A DNA stretch of 64,000 nt, taken from assembly GCA_965219995.1 (NCBI GenBank), contig CBDCOX010000002.1, positions 320,001 to 384,000 of the forward strand. Direction: 5' to 3'. Under the pieces are notes generated by a model that saw nothing but the letters and a program-made list of their open reading frames with translations, was not told the origin of the DNA and searched no databases. This stretch comes from Candidatus Latescibacterota bacterium. Its GTDB lineage: Bacteria; Latescibacterota; UBA2968; GCA-2709665. Both the position numbers and the translations under genes were made by a program. This document shows, in pieces, positions 22,634 through 33,377 of this stretch (positions within the stretch are counted from its first letter, which is position 1; each line of letters begins with the position of its first letter).

Positions 22634-23464
22634 ATGCCTGTAAAGACGTTCCGACCGTTTACGCCGTCGCTGCGGTTCAAAACCGTCTCCTCGTTCGAGG
22701 AAATCACCCGTTCCGACCCCGAGAAATCCCTGGTCGAGGCGAACAAGAAGAGCGGCGGCCGCAACAACATGGGCCGCATTACGAGCCGTCGTCGCGGCGG
22801 AGGACATCGACGGCACTACCGTATCATCGATTTCAAACGCAACAAATTCGGTGTTCCGGCAACGGTGAATTCCATCGAATACGATCCGAATCGCTCAGCG
22901 CGAATTGCACTGCTCCATTATGTCGACGGTGAGAAACGGTATATTCTGGCGCCCACGGGACTGAACGTTGGCGCTCAGGTGGTATCCGGGCCGGAGGCCG
23001 ATGTGCGGCCCGGCAACGCGCTGCCTCTGGAGAACATCCCGCAGGGAACCCATGTTCACAACGTCGAATTGCAGCCCGGCAAGGGAGGGCAGTTGGGCCG
23101 ATCGGCCGGATCCGAAATCCAGATCATGGCCAAAGAAGGCAGGTTCGCGCAACTCCGCCTGCCCTCCGGCGAGGTACGGCTGGTCCCGGTCACGTGCTAT
23201 GCCACGGTAGGTCAGGTGGGAAATCAGGAGCACGAAAACGTCGTTCTGGGAAAGGCGGGGCGAAACAGGTGGCTGGGGAGGCGGCCGTCGGTGAGAGGAG
23301 TGGCGATGAATCCCATCGATCACCCGCATGGAGGAGGGGAGGGACGCGCGTCGGGCGGCGGACATCCGGTAACGCCCTGGGGGGTGCCCACGAAGGGATA
23401 CAAAACGAGAAAACGCAAGAAACAGTCCAGCAAACTGATCGTAAGAAGACAGAACAAGAGATAG
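22634..23464 (+). CDS. rplB: 50S ribosomal protein L2
   Basis: [26 protein letters not shown]. Confidence 0.98.
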   Translation: MPVKTFRPFTPSLRFKTVSSFEEITRSDPEKSLVEANKKSGGRNNMGRITSRRRGGGHRRHYRIIDFKRNKFGVPATVNSIEYDPNRSARIALLHYVDGEKRYILAPTGLNVGAQVVSGPEADVRPGNALPLENIPQGTHVHNVELQPGKGGQLGRSAGSEIQIMAKEGRFAQLRLPSGEVRLVPVTCYATVGQVGNQEHENVVLGKAGRNRWLGRRPSVRGVAMNPIDHPHGGGEGRASGGGHPVTPWGVPTKGYKTRKRKKQSSKLIVRRQNKR

Positions 23465-23485
23465 ATTTCCCCAGGCGAGGATTGA

Positions 23486-23773
23486 ATGGCACGGTCGCTC
23501 AAGAAAGGTCCCTACGTTGACGCGGGTCTTCTGACGAAGATCGAGGGAATGAACAAGTCGGGCAACAAGCGCGTGATACAGACGTGGGCCCGCCGTTCGA
23601 CCATTTCTCCCGAATTTGTGGGTCATACGCTCGCGGTGCATAACGGAAACAAGTTCATTCCGGTGTACATTACGGAAAATATGGTGGGGCACAAGCTGGG
23701 TGAATTCGCCCCTACAAGGACGTTCCGTGGGCATTCGGGAAGCCTGACAGAGCGATCGACGGGGCTGAAGTAG
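23486..23773 (+). CDS. rpsS: 30S ribosomal protein S19
   Basis: [23 protein letters not shown]. Confidence 0.98.
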   Translation: MARSLKKGPYVDAGLLTKIEGMNKSGNKRVIQTWARRSTISPEFVGHTLAVHNGNKFIPVYITENMVGHKLGEFAPTRTFRGHSGSLTERSTGLK

Positions 23774-23963
23774 CTCCGGTAACCCGTTCCGGCCGACGCC
23801 CGCCTGTCGATGTTCGGCGTTGGACCGGGGCAGGCAGAATGAACCGGCTGAGGGGCGGTTGGCAGTCCTTTGAAGAAACCGCTCTGCAGGGTTTCGGCCA
23901 TAAGGGCCGGACGCAGCCCGGATGGACTTTTGCGACGGGATGTCAGGGTCAGGAAGGGATTTG

Positions 23964-24305
23964 ATGACGGCCAGGGCAGTCACCAGATACGTCAGGATTT
24001 CGCCCCGAAAAGCGCGTCAGGTGGTGGACCTTGTGCGCGGTAAAGGGGTCGAAGAGGCGTTTCATATCCTTCAGTTTACGCCCAAGAAGGCGGCCCGGAT
24101 CGTAGAACGCACGTTGCGGTCGGCGGTAGCCAATGCCGCCAACACCGAGTCGTCCACGGTTCGAGAAGAAGACCTTTACGTTCAGGAAGCGTTCGTGAAC
24201 GGCGCCATCGCAATGCGTCGTATTCGCCCCATGCCGCGTGGCGCCGCGGGATTTATCCGAAAGCGCTGCAGCCATATCACGCTGGTCGTATCGGACGACG
24301 ATTAG
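23964..24305 (+). CDS. rplV: 50S ribosomal protein L22
   Basis: [29 protein letters not shown]. Confidence 0.95.
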   Translation: MTARAVTRYVRISPRKARQVVDLVRGKGVEEAFHILQFTPKKAARIVERTLRSAVANAANTESSTVREEDLYVQEAFVNGAIAMRRIRPMPRGAAGFIRKRCSHITLVVSDDD

Positions 24306-24323
24306 TCGTCGGGAGGATTACGT

Positions 24324-24980
24324 TTGGGCCAGAAAACACATCCAACCGGATTCCGACTGGGCATTGTAAAAGACTGGCGTTCCCGCTGGTTTGCCGGTAA
24401 CGATTTTGCCGAGCTGTTGAAGGAAGACCTGATGCTGCGACGTTACATCCATAGCAGACTCCAACGTGCGAGCGTGTCTCAGATCGAGATCGAACGCGCA
24501 CCGAAACGGGTGACCATTTCGGTGCATACTGCTCGTCCGGGTATCGTGATCGGCCGTAAGGGGCAGGAAGTGGACAAGCTCAGGGACGAATTGAAACACA
24601 TTACCGGCAAAGAGATTTATATAAATATCCAGGAAATCAAGCGGCCGGAACTGAATGCGCAACTGGTCGCAGACAACATCGCGCGCCAGCTGGAGCAGAG
24701 AGTTTCGTTCCGCCGGGCGATGAAAAAAGCGATCGCTTCGGCGATGCGCATGGGTGCCGACGGCATCAAGATTGTATGTGGCGGACGCCTGGGCGGTGCG
24801 GAGATGGCCCGGATCGAAAAGTCGGAACCCGCCGGCCGAGTGCCGCTGCATACGCTCAGGGCGGATATAGACTATGCCACGTCCACGGCCTTCACAACTT
24901 CAGGCACGGTCGGGGTCAAGGTGTGGGTGTGCCACGGAGAGGTCGTGGATCGTCGCGCTCCGGGAGGACCGGGTCAGTAA
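24324..24980 (+). CDS. rpsC: 30S ribosomal protein S3
   Basis: [33 protein letters not shown]. Confidence 0.97.
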   Translation: MGQKTHPTGFRLGIVKDWRSRWFAGNDFAELLKEDLMLRRYIHSRLQRASVSQIEIERAPKRVTISVHTARPGIVIGRKGQEVDKLRDELKHITGKEIYINIQEIKRPELNAQLVADNIARQLEQRVSFRRAMKKAIASAMRMGADGIKIVCGGRLGGAEMARIEKSEPAGRVPLHTLRADIDYATSTAFTTSGTVGVKVWVCHGEVVDRRAPGGPGQ

Positions 24981-25011
24981 GCCGAACCGGGTATTGTAAG
25001 GATAAGACTCC

Positions 25012-25431
25012 ATGTTGATGCCGAAAAGGGTGAAGTGGCGAAAACAGCAGCGCGGCCGTATGCGCGGCGTGGCGTACCGGGGCAGCAGTATCGCTTTTGG
25101 AGAATTTGCGCTTCAGGCGCTCGAGCCGGCCTGGATTACCAGCCGGCAGATCGAGGCCGCGCGCGTGGCCATAACGCGCGCGCTCGGACGTGGAGGCAAG
25201 GTGTGGATCCGTCTGTTTCCCGACAAGCCGGTCACCATCAAACCCGCCGAGACCCGGATGGGCAAGGGTAAAGGGAATCCGGAATACTGGGTGGCCGTCG
25301 TCAAACCGGGCCGGATCATGTTCGAAATCGACGGTGTCGAGCGGGCGAGCGCGCGGGAGGCCATGCGAAAGGCGGGCCACAAGATGCCCATCAAGACCCG
25401 GTTTATCGAACGCGGAGAAAGTGAAGAATGA
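25012..25431 (+). CDS. rplP: 50S ribosomal protein L16
   Basis: [20 protein letters not shown]. Confidence 0.97.
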   Translation: MLMPKRVKWRKQQRGRMRGVAYRGSSIAFGEFALQALEPAWITSRQIEAARVAITRALGRGGKVWIRLFPDKPVTIKPAETRMGKGKGNPEYWVAVVKPGRIMFEIDGVERASAREAMRKAGHKMPIKTRFIERGESEE

Positions 25432-25664
25432 AAGCCAGCGAGATTCGCCAGATGACCCCGGGCGAGGTTGACGAGTTGTTGGTCGACAGGCTCGAGGAGT
25501 TGTCCAATTTGAGAATTCAGCTTGTCACGCAGCAGCTCGACAATCCGCTTCAGGTCAAGTCGGTCCGACGGGATATCGCCCGGATCAGAACGGTACAGCG
25601 GGAGCGCGCAGAGGATTCGATCGTCGCAGTCGGCGGCGACTCCCGGGGATCGGAAGGAAATTAA
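25428..25664 (+). CDS. rpmC: 50S ribosomal protein L29
   Basis: [17 protein letters not shown]. Confidence 0.94.
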   Translation: MKASEIRQMTPGEVDELLVDRLEELSNLRIQLVTQQLDNPLQVKSVRRDIARIRTVQRERAEDSIVAVGGDSRGSEGN

Positions 25665-25667
25665 ACC

Positions 25668-25934
25668 ATGGCACAAACCGCCGCGCGCGGCCGTCGCAAG
25701 ACCCTTGTGGGCCGGGTGCTGAGCAATCAGGCCAACAAGACAATCGTCGTGGAAGTCACCTGGCGCACCCCCCATCCGCTTTACGGCAAGGTGGTGCGGC
25801 GCCGTTCGAAATTCGCCGCACACGACGAAAATAACTCGGCGAATTCAGGCGACACCGTGTTGATTTGCGAAACCCGCCCGATCAGCAAGACCAAACGATG
25901 GCGTCTGGCCGAGATTCTGGAAAAGGTCCAATAG
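25668..25934 (+). CDS. rpsQ: 30S ribosomal protein S17
   Basis: [24 protein letters not shown]. Confidence 0.96.
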   Translation: MAQTAARGRRKTLVGRVLSNQANKTIVVEVTWRTPHPLYGKVVRRRSKFAAHDENNSANSGDTVLICETRPISKTKRWRLAEILEKVQ

Positions 25935-25946
25935 GAGTATTACGGA

Positions 25947-26315
25947 ATGGTTACGGAGCAGACGGTTCTGAACTGCGCCGACAACAGTGGCGCCCGCAAG
26001 GTGATGTGCTTCCGGGTGCTGGGCGGGTCCCGGAGAAAATACGCCGGTCTCGGCGATACGATCGTGGTAGCCGTGAAAGATGCCCAGCCCAACAGCGCCG
26101 TGAAAAAGGGAGAAGTTGCGCGGGCGGTCATTGTTCGGACCAGGAAGGAGGCGCGTCGCTCCGATGGTTCTTACATCCGGTTCGACGACAATGCCGCGGT
26201 GTTGATCAATGCGGAGGGCGAACCGCGGGCAACGCGCATCTTCGGCCCGGTTGCACGGGAGCTGCGCGACAGGCGATTCATGCGAATTGTGTCTCTGGCG
26301 GCCGAAGTGGTCTGA
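25947..26315 (+). CDS. rplN: 50S ribosomal protein L14
   Basis: [25 protein letters not shown]. Confidence 0.97.
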   Translation: MVTEQTVLNCADNSGARKVMCFRVLGGSRRKYAGLGDTIVVAVKDAQPNSAVKKGEVARAVIVRTRKEARRSDGSYIRFDDNAAVLINAEGEPRATRIFGPVARELRDRRFMRIVSLAAEVV

Positions 26316-26342
26316 CGTTTCCACAGCAGGGAGAGTCGAACG

Positions 26343-26672
26343 GTGAAAGTTCATGTGCGCAAGGGCGATCAGGTCGAGGTCATCGGCGGGGTGGATGCGG
26401 GGAGGAGAGGGCGCGTCCTGAAGGTATTTCCCAGGAAAGCGCGGGCGCTGGTGGAGGGCATCAATTTCATAAAGCGGCATACCCGCCCCGGCCCCAAGAA
26501 CCAGCAGGGCGGTATTATCGAAAAAGAAGCGCCCGTGCATATTTCCAGGCTGATGTTAATCGATCCTCAAACCGACGAGCCCACCCGGATACGCCGGAAG
26601 CGATTGGAGAACGGTGAACGGATACGGCTCGCGATCAAGAGTGGCGAACAGATTTCCGAAGCGAGTACATAG
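26343..26672 (+). CDS. rplX: 50S ribosomal protein L24
   Basis: [13 protein letters not shown] motif, [11 protein letters not shown]. Confidence 0.96.
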   Translation: MKVHVRKGDQVEVIGGVDAGRRGRVLKVFPRKARALVEGINFIKRHTRPGPKNQQGGIIEKEAPVHISRLMLIDPQTDEPTRIRRKRLENGERIRLAIKSGEQISEAST

Positions 26673-26682
26673 AGAGGGATGA

Positions 26683-27237
26683 ATGGCTGCGCGGCTTAGA
26701 GAAATGTACAACAATGAGATCGTCCCGGCGATGGTTTCGCATTTCGCCTACAAGAACAGGATGCAGGTGCCGAGGCTCGAGAAGGTTGTCATGAACATGG
26801 GTCTGGGAGAGGCCGTACAGAACCCGAAGGCGATCGACAGCGCCATCGCCGACCTGTCAACCATTTCGGGACAGCGACCTTCCATTCGTCGGGCGAAGAA
26901 GTCGGTCTCGAATTTCAAACTGCGCGAGGGCATGCCCGTCGGGTGCGCCGTTACGCTCCGACGCGATCGGATGTACGAATTCCTCGATCGTTTCTTCACC
27001 TTTGCCATACCCCGCACACGCGACTTCAGAGGGTTGTCTCCCAATGCCTTCGACGGTCGCGGGAATTATACTGTGGGTGTCCGGGAGCAGATTATTTTTC
27101 CGGAGATCAACTATGACCAGATCGACCAGATCCGCGGGCTGGACGTGACCATCGTAACTACGGCCCGGACGGACGAAGAGGCATTTGAATTGCTCAAGCG
27201 CTTTGGCATGCCGTTCCAGGCTGCCGAAGCGGCCTGA
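26683..27237 (+). CDS. rplE: 50S ribosomal protein L5
   Basis: [26 protein letters not shown]. Confidence 0.97.
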   Translation: MAARLREMYNNEIVPAMVSHFAYKNRMQVPRLEKVVMNMGLGEAVQNPKAIDSAIADLSTISGQRPSIRRAKKSVSNFKLREGMPVGCAVTLRRDRMYEFLDRFFTFAIPRTRDFRGLSPNAFDGRGNYTVGVREQIIFPEINYDQIDQIRGLDVTIVTTARTDEEAFELLKRFGMPFQAAEAA

Positions 27238-27259
27238 AACCAAGAAAGCGAGCGTACCT

Positions 27260-27445
27260 GTGGCAAAAAAGACATTGATTGTCAAGGCAAACAAAAAGCC
27301 GAAGTTTGCCGTTCGCCGTTATAATCGTTGCCATCGTTGCGGACGCCCCAGAGGCTACATGAGGCAGTTCGGAATCTGCAGGATCTGCTTTAGGGAACTG
27401 GCGTTGCTGGGTGAGATTCCAGGGGTCGCGAAGGCGAGCTGGTAG
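27260..27445 (+). CDS. rpsN: 30S ribosomal protein S14 (Zn-binding type Z)
   Basis: RCHRCGR..CRICFRE; GTG start at 27260. Confidence 0.95.
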   Translation: MAKKTLIVKANKKPKFAVRRYNRCHRCGRPRGYMRQFGICRICFRELALLGEIPGVAKASW

Positions 27446-27476
27446 CAGCTCTGACAGACAGGAGGCTGTTGACGCT

Positions 27477-27875
27477 ATGAGTATGAGCGATCCGGTTGCC
27501 GATATGCTGACCCGTATTCGGAATGCGGCCCGTGCAGGGCACCGCAAGGTAGACATTCCGGGTTCCCGGATAAAAACTGAAATTGCCCGAATTCTGAAGA
27601 CCAAGGGGTTTATCCACAATTACGCGTCCGTGGAAGACAACAGGCAGGGCTACATCCGGCTGTATCTCAGGTACAGTTCGGACGACGAGAGCGCGATACA
27701 AGGATTGGAACGCATCAGCCGACCGGGGCTGCGTCGTTACGTAGGAGCCGGCGAAATCCCGAGGGTACTCAACGGTCTCGGCGTGGCCGTGCTTTCCACG
27801 TCGCGGGGTATTCTCACGGATAGCGAGGCTCGTACGGCCGGGGTTGGCGGCGAAGTCCTCTGCCACCTCTGGTAA
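27477..27875 (+). CDS. rpsH: 30S ribosomal protein S8
   Basis: DPVADMLTRIRNA, ISRPGLRRY, GGEVLC. Confidence 0.97.
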   Translation: MSMSDPVADMLTRIRNAARAGHRKVDIPGSRIKTEIARILKTKGFIHNYASVEDNRQGYIRLYLRYSSDDESAIQGLERISRPGLRRYVGAGEIPRVLNGLGVAVLSTSRGILTDSEARTAGVGGEVLCHLW

Positions 27876-27890
27876 ACGGGAGGATTCAAG

Positions 27891-28457
27891 GTGTCACGCG
27901 TTGGAAAACAACCGATTCCCGTTCCGGATGGGGTTCAAGTACAGGTTGGACCGGACGGCGTGCAGGTGAAGGGGAGCAAGGGAGAGTTGACGGTGCGGAT
28001 TCATCCGTTAACACAGTTACGCCAGGAAGACGGGACGCTGCGCGTCACGGTTGAGAATACCAACGACAGGGAGTCAAAGGCGGTATGGGGCTTGACCCGG
28101 GCGTTGCTCGCCAACGCGGTTGAGGGCGTGCGCAACGGATTTGAAAAACGGCTCGTAATCGTGGGAGTGGGGTATCGCGCTGAGATGAAGGGCAGGAATC
28201 TGGATTTGCAGGTCGGTTTCAGCCATCCCGTGATCATAGAGCCACTCGACGGCGTTGAAATAAGCATTGAGGCGGCCCCCGCCGAAATAGACACGGCCCA
28301 GGCCTCAATTGTCGTCCGGGGACCAGATAAGGAACGAGTGGGACAGATGGCCGCCGATATTCGAAAGGTCCGTCCCCCGGAGCCATACAAGGGTAAAGGG
28401 ATCAGATACTTTAACGAGTACGTGCGTCGCAAGGCCGGCAAGGCCGCTGTTACATAG
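27891..28457 (+). CDS. rplF: 50S ribosomal protein L6
   Basis: SRVGKQPI, GVGYRA, RPPEPYKGKGIRY. Confidence 0.97.
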   Translation: MSRVGKQPIPVPDGVQVQVGPDGVQVKGSKGELTVRIHPLTQLRQEDGTLRVTVENTNDRESKAVWGLTRALLANAVEGVRNGFEKRLVIVGVGYRAEMKGRNLDLQVGFSHPVIIEPLDGVEISIEAAPAEIDTAQASIVVRGPDKERVGQMAADIRKVRPPEPYKGKGIRYFNEYVRRKAGKAAVT

Positions 28458-28484
28458 TATCGATTACCCAAGGAGCGGATTTTC

Positions 28485-28853
28485 ATGGCAAACCCACAAA
28501 TACAGAAGGCCAACCTGCGACGTCGCCGCCGATTGCGAATCCGAAAGAAGATTCGCGGAACCCCCGGGCGGCCCCGGTTGGCGGTTAGCAGGAGTCTGAA
28601 CCACATCGAGGTGCAGCTGATCGACGACACGACGGGTCGATCCCTTCTGGGGCTCTCGAGCAATTCCCGTGAAATCCGCGATACGCTCTCGGGCAACAAG
28701 AGCGAGAAGGGGCGTGAGGTGGGCCGTGCGGTGGCAACGAAAGCGCTCGAGGCCGGCATCAAAACCGTTGTATTCGATCGGGGCGGCCGCCTGTACCACG
28801 GCCGGATCAAGGCGTTGGCCGACGGCGCACGAGAAGGTGGACTGTTGTTTTAG
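28485..28853 (+). CDS. rplR: 50S ribosomal protein L18
   Basis: RPRLAVSRS, VVFDRGG.LYHGRI. Confidence 0.96.
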   Translation: MANPQIQKANLRRRRRLRIRKKIRGTPGRPRLAVSRSLNHIEVQLIDDTTGRSLLGLSSNSREIRDTLSGNKSEKGREVGRAVATKALEAGIKTVVFDRGGRLYHGRIKALADGAREGGLLF

Positions 28854-28883
28854 GCTGGTTGCCGGATATAAAGGAGTACGCAT

Positions 28884-29399
28884 TTGAAACGTATAGACCC
28901 TTCGGGACTGGACCTGACTGAAATCGTCATCAACAACAGCCTCAAGCGGGTATCCCATGTGCGCAAGGGCGGACGTCGCTTTGCCTTCAATGTGATGGTG
29001 GTCGTCGGCGACCGACAGGGTCACGTCGGCGCCGGAATGGGCAAGGCGGGAGAAGTGGCCGAAGCCATTCGCAAAGCCACCGAAAATGCAAAAAAGGAAC
29101 TGGTGCGCATACCGGTCATCAACGGAACATTGCCGCACGAGATCATCGGTGTCTTTGGCGCCTCCAGGGTACTGTTAAAGCCCGCGGCGCCGGGAACCGG
29201 GGTGATCGCCGGAGGGGGTATACGAGCGGTTCTGGAACTGGCAGGTGTGCAGAACGTGCTGACCAAATCTCTGGGTTCCCAGAATACCCACAATACCGTC
29301 AAGGCGACGCTCCAGGGTCTGGCTAGCCTGCGCGACGCACGGGCGTTCGCGCGGCTGCGGAATGTCGACGAAGCAGAGTTTACCGGCGTTCGGGAGTAA
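28884..29399 (+). CDS. rpsE: 30S ribosomal protein S5
   Basis: [22 protein letters not shown]. Confidence 0.96.
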   Translation: MKRIDPSGLDLTEIVINNSLKRVSHVRKGGRRFAFNVMVVVGDRQGHVGAGMGKAGEVAEAIRKATENAKKELVRIPVINGTLPHEIIGVFGASRVLLKPAAPGTGVIAGGGIRAVLELAGVQNVLTKSLGSQNTHNTVKATLQGLASLRDARAFARLRNVDEAEFTGVRE

Positions 29400-29405
29400 T
29401 GCGGA

Positions 29406-29603
29406 ATGGCAGACGACGGGAAAAAACTGAAGATCACTCAGGTTCGCAGCATGATCTCGCGCAATGAAAAACAGCGGCGTACGCTCGTGGCGCTTGGCAT
29501 TCGACGTATTCGTCACAGCGTGATCCACAACGATACCGTGCAAATCCGCGGAATGGTCAATGCAGTAGCGCACCTCGTCGAAGTGAAACCGGCGGACGGC
29601 TGA
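29406..29603 (+). CDS. rpmD: 50S ribosomal protein L30
   Basis: [20 protein letters not shown]. Confidence 0.94.
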   Translation: MADDGKKLKITQVRSMISRNEKQRRTLVALGIRRIRHSVIHNDTVQIRGMVNAVAHLVEVKPADG

Positions 29604-29678
29604 TTTCGGATAGGGTCGTTCCATGGTCGCGACGGCCGGACCGGGCCCGCGTACTCTCACGCGTAAGGACTCAGGAAG

Positions 29679-30140
29679 ATGGAACCAGGAAAGTTCAAGC
29701 CCCCCAAGGGCGCGGTCACGAATCGGAAACGGCTTGGCTGCGGCGTCGGATCCGGCTGTGGAAAGACCAGCGGAAAGGGACACAAGGGTCAGAAGTCGCG
29801 TTCGGGCGCCAAGTTGAGGCCGTGGTTTGAAGGCGGGCAGATGCCGTTGCAGCGCAGACTTCCCAAAGTCGGATTCAACAACCCGTTGAAGGTGGTCTAT
29901 CAGGTCGTTAATCTGGACGATATCGTCAAACGGGGATTGTCCGGGCCGGTGACACCCGAACAATTGAAACAGTCGGGTCTGATACGGTCGATCCGGCGGC
30001 CGGTGAAAGTTCTGGGGCGAGGTGACGTCTCCGATCCCTTACAGGTTCATGTGCATGCGGCATCCAGGTCGGCCAAAGAGAAAATCGAATCGGCCGGAGG
30101 AAGCGTCACTCTGATCGACGCGGGTTCCGGGGCGGGTTAA
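29679..30140 (+). CDS. rplO: 50S ribosomal protein L15
   Basis: GKTSGKGHKGQKSRSG, FEGGQMPLQRRLPK. Confidence 0.96.
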   Translation: MEPGKFKPPKGAVTNRKRLGCGVGSGCGKTSGKGHKGQKSRSGAKLRPWFEGGQMPLQRRLPKVGFNNPLKVVYQVVNLDDIVKRGLSGPVTPEQLKQSGLIRSIRRPVKVLGRGDVSDPLQVHVHAASRSAKEKIESAGGSVTLIDAGSGAG

Positions 30141-30158
30141 TCGGCAGAGGAGGCGGCG

Positions 30159-31496
30159 GTGCTCCAGAGTTTCCAGAGTGCCTTTCGAATCCCCGAGTTA
30201 CGGAATCGTATCCTGTTTACGCTTGGGATTCTGGTGATCTTCCGGGTTGGGACGTATGTGACCATACCCGGCATCGATCCCAGGGCCCTGGACGAATACT
30301 TCAGCAGTGCCGCAACGGGCGTCCTGGGATTCTACGACATGTTTGCGGGCGGCGCATTCGGCCGCGCGACTGTCTTTGCGCTGGGTATCATGCCGTATAT
30401 CAGCGCCTCGATCATCCTTCAGCTGATGGGCGCCGTCATTCCCTTTTTGCAGAAACTGCAGAAGGAGGGTGAAGAGGGGCGGAAGAAGATCACCCAATAT
30501 ACCCGCTACGGGACCGTTGCGCTGGCGGCCGCTCAGTCGTTCGGTGTCAGCCTGTTTATGGAAAGCCTCCGGTCGCCCATCACGGGAATGCTGGTGGTTC
30601 CGGATCCGGGCCTGGGCTTTCGCCTGCTGACGATACTGACGATTACCGCCGGTACCGTATTCGTTATGTGGCTGGGAGAACAGATCGATGACCGGGGTAT
30701 CGGCAACGGCATGTCGATGTTGATCTTCATTGGGATTATCGCCCGCGCGCCCGCGGCCGTGATTCAGGAGTATCAGGACTTCGTGGCCAACAATAAGCCT
30801 ATCCTGCTCGAGCTGTTCGTGGTCGTCATCATTGTCGCGGTTACCGCGCTGGTGGTTCTCATTACGCAGGGTACGAGAAAAATACCGGTACAATATGCCA
30901 AACGTGTCGTGGGCCGGCGTGTATACGGAGGCCAGAGCACACACATTCCGCTGAAGGTGAATACCTCGGGAGTGATGCCGATCATATTCGCGCAGGCCAT
31001 CATGTTTTTGCCGTCCACTTTGGCCAATTTCTTCCCGATGAACGAGTGGGTGCAGGATATGGCATCCCGGTTTTCGCCGGCAACCACCCTGCATGCGCTT
31101 CCGTACTGGATACTCTATTCCTCAATGATCATCTTTTTCGCATATTTTTATACGGCAATCGTCTTCAACCCTGTAGACCTGGCCGATAATATGAAGCGGC
31201 AGGGCGGGTTCATTCCCGGCATCCGTCCCGGCAAGCGCACCTCCGATTTCATCGATCGGATTCTGACCCGGATAACGCTTCCCGGGTCCATCTTTCTGGC
31301 GGCGATCGCGGTCTTCCCGTTTTTCGTCATCAGTTGGGCCGATGTGAATCCCGGTCTGATCGACTTCTTCGGGGGCACCGGGCTTTTGATTATCGTGGGT
31401 GTGGCGCTCGACACGTTACAGAGGGTGGAATCACATCTCCTGATGCGCCACTACGACGGCTTTATGAAAAAGGGCAGGCTCAGAGGCCGAAGGTGA
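30159..31496 (+). CDS. secY: preprotein translocase subunit SecY
   Basis: [33 protein letters not shown]. Confidence 0.98.
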   Translation: MLQSFQSAFRIPELRNRILFTLGILVIFRVGTYVTIPGIDPRALDEYFSSAATGVLGFYDMFAGGAFGRATVFALGIMPYISASIILQLMGAVIPFLQKLQKEGEEGRKKITQYTRYGTVALAAAQSFGVSLFMESLRSPITGMLVVPDPGLGFRLLTILTITAGTVFVMWLGEQIDDRGIGNGMSMLIFIGIIARAPAAVIQEYQDFVANNKPILLELFVVVIIVAVTALVVLITQGTRKIPVQYAKRVVGRRVYGGQSTHIPLKVNTSGVMPIIFAQAIMFLPSTLANFFPMNEWVQDMASRFSPATTLHALPYWILYSSMIIFFAYFYTAIVFNPVDLADNMKRQGGFIPGIRPGKRTSDFIDRILTRITLPGSIFLAAIAVFPFFVISWADVNPGLIDFFGGTGLLIIVGVALDTLQRVESHLLMRHYDGFMKKGRLRGRR

Positions 31497-31512
31497 TCGA
31501 AAGGATTTCAGA

Positions 31513-31629
31513 ATGAGGGTTCGCGCGTCGGTCAAGAAACGATGCAATCACTGCAAGATCATCCGGAGAAAGGGCGTGGTCCGGGTGATATGCAAACACG
31601 ATCCAAGTCATAAACAGCGACAGGGCTAG
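31513..31629 (+). CDS. rpmJ: 50S ribosomal protein L36
   Basis: Translated by hand: [38 protein letters not shown]. Confidence 0.95.
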   Translation: MRVRASVKKRCNHCKIIRRKGVVRVICKHDPSHKQRQG

Positions 31630-31803
31630 TGTTCCGTCCCGATAACAGGCGACCCGAGTTCGGCCGTCGAATCGCCCGTCCGGTATCCCTTCGACCCTTT
31701 GACGACCCTTCGGCAAGTTCAGGCCGGGGATCGGGGAACCGCGCATGAGCAGGACGGGATGAATCGGCGGATGAATGGTGACATTTCCCCGGGGCGGGAA
31801 CCG
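31626..31803 (-). mobile_element. degenerate MITE family A copy at the rpmJ stop codon
   Basis: Starts CTAGTGTTCCGTCCC; TTCGGCCGTCGAATCGCCCG and GACGGGATGAATCGGCGGATGAATGGTGA match the reverse complement of segments of 20590-20703. Confidence 0.7.
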
Positions 31804-31837
31804 GGACCCTCGGAAACCGAACAAAGGAGGAGAATCC

Positions 31838-32218
31838 ATGGCACGTATCGCAGGGGTAGACGTGCCGCGCGATAAGCGGGTGGAAATCGCGCTGACATAC
31901 ATTTACGGTATTGGCAGAAGTTCCTCAAACCGGATTCTGGAGAAGACGCAGATTTCCCCGGATACACGCGTTGACGCGTTGAGCGAGGAAGACGTTACCA
32001 AACTCCGGAGTGTGATCGAGGGCGAATACCGTGTGGAGGGCAACCTGAGGAGCGAGGTGGCCATGAACATCAAGCGTCTGATGGACATCGGCTGCTACCG
32101 CGGACTTCGCTGGCGGCGGGGGCTTCCGGTGCGCGGACAGCGCACCCGGACGAACGCCCGTACGCGAAAAGGACCGAAGAAGGGCCAGATTGCCAAGAAG
32201 AAGAAAGCGCAGGTTTAA
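31838..32218 (+). CDS. rpsM: 30S ribosomal protein S13
   Basis: [26 protein letters not shown]. Confidence 0.97.
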   Translation: MARIAGVDVPRDKRVEIALTYIYGIGRSSSNRILEKTQISPDTRVDALSEEDVTKLRSVIEGEYRVEGNLRSEVAMNIKRLMDIGCYRGLRWRRGLPVRGQRTRTNARTRKGPKKGQIAKKKKAQV

Positions 32219-32240
32219 ACACGATCAAGGAGGCGATCAG

Positions 32241-32630
32241 TTGCCGCCGGAACAAAGAAAAGGCCGACGAAGGAGCAAGCGGGTCGACGGTCAGGGTGTT
32301 GCCCACATTAAAGCGACGTTCAACAACACCATCGTCACCCTGACCGACAGAGACGGGCACGTGATTTCGTGGTCCACAACTGGAAAGGTGGGTTTTAAGG
32401 GTTCACGCAAGAGTACGCCCTTTGCCGCCCAGTTGGCTGCGGAAGCTGCGGCAAAAGAAGCAATGTCCATGGGGCTGCGACGTGTTGAGGTTTGGGTAAA
32501 GGGCCCGGGCGTCGGCCGGGAAGCCGCCGTACGCGCGTTGCAGGGCGCCGGACTGGAAATCGCGGCGATTCGCGATGTCACCCCGATTCCTCACAACGGC
32601 TGCCGTCCGCCCAAGCGACGTCGGGTGTAA
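32241..32630 (+). CDS. rpsK: 30S ribosomal protein S11
   Basis: [35 protein letters not shown]; TTG start. Confidence 0.96.
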   Translation: MPPEQRKGRRRSKRVDGQGVAHIKATFNNTIVTLTDRDGHVISWSTTGKVGFKGSRKSTPFAAQLAAEAAAKEAMSMGLRRVEVWVKGPGVGREAAVRALQGAGLEIAAIRDVTPIPHNGCRPPKRRRV

Positions 32631-32657
32631 CGGTTTCCGACCGAGGAGGTCTATCGC

Positions 32658-33287
32658 ATGGCAAGGTATACGGACTCGAGTTGCAAATTGTGCCGCCGCG
32701 AAGGAGTCAAGCTGTTCCTGAAGGGCGAGCGCTGCTACCTGGATAAATGCTCGTTCGAAAAGCGCAGCTATGCGCCGGGCATGCACGGGCAGCGCCAGGG
32801 CCGCAAACCTTCGGAATATGCGCTGCAGCTGAGAGAGAAGCAAAAGGCCAAGCGCCAGTACGGTGTGCTCGAAAGCCAGTTCCGCGGCTATTATCACAAG
32901 GCCGCCCGCCGGAAAGGCGTGACCGGGGAGCTTCTCCTGCAGACGCTGGAAAGCCGCCTGGATAACGTCACCCACAGACTGGGGTTCGCGCCTTCTCACA
33001 AGGCGGCGCGTCAACTGGTGCGGCACCGGCACATTATGGTGAACGGGCGTATCGTGGACGTCCCTTCTTTTCAGGTCACGCCCGGCGATACAATTCAGGT
33101 ACGGGAAAAGAGTCGGCAGTTGGCGTTGATCCACGAGTCCATCAAGCGGATCGGCGAGGGGCGACAGGCGGCGTGGCTGTCTCTGGACAAAGTAAATCTC
33201 ACCGGCACCGTACTCGACGTTCCCGCCAGGGAAGGGATTCCGACGCCTGTAGAAGAACAACTCATTGTGGAATTGTATTCGAAGTAA
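32658..33287 (+). CDS. rpsD: 30S ribosomal protein S4 (Zn-binding type)
   Basis: CKLCRREG..C....C, LESRLDN, IVELYSK. Confidence 0.97.
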   Translation: MARYTDSSCKLCRREGVKLFLKGERCYLDKCSFEKRSYAPGMHGQRQGRKPSEYALQLREKQKAKRQYGVLESQFRGYYHKAARRKGVTGELLLQTLESRLDNVTHRLGFAPSHKAARQLVRHRHIMVNGRIVDVPSFQVTPGDTIQVREKSRQLALIHESIKRIGEGRQAAWLSLDKVNLTGTVLDVPAREGIPTPVEEQLIVELYSK

Positions 33288-33377
33288 TCGCGTCGGCTCC
33301 AATGACGAGCGGCCCCGTGTGCCTGGAAAACCGGGGATGCCGCGTTGCTTCTTAGTTGATCCAAGGAGAATGCTTGT

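Noticed and set aside
28936-28985. S5 loop 2 variant ([13 protein letters not shown]) as spectinomycin resistance
   Set aside because: This loop varies naturally and the key KGGR is intact; not interpretable from sequence alone
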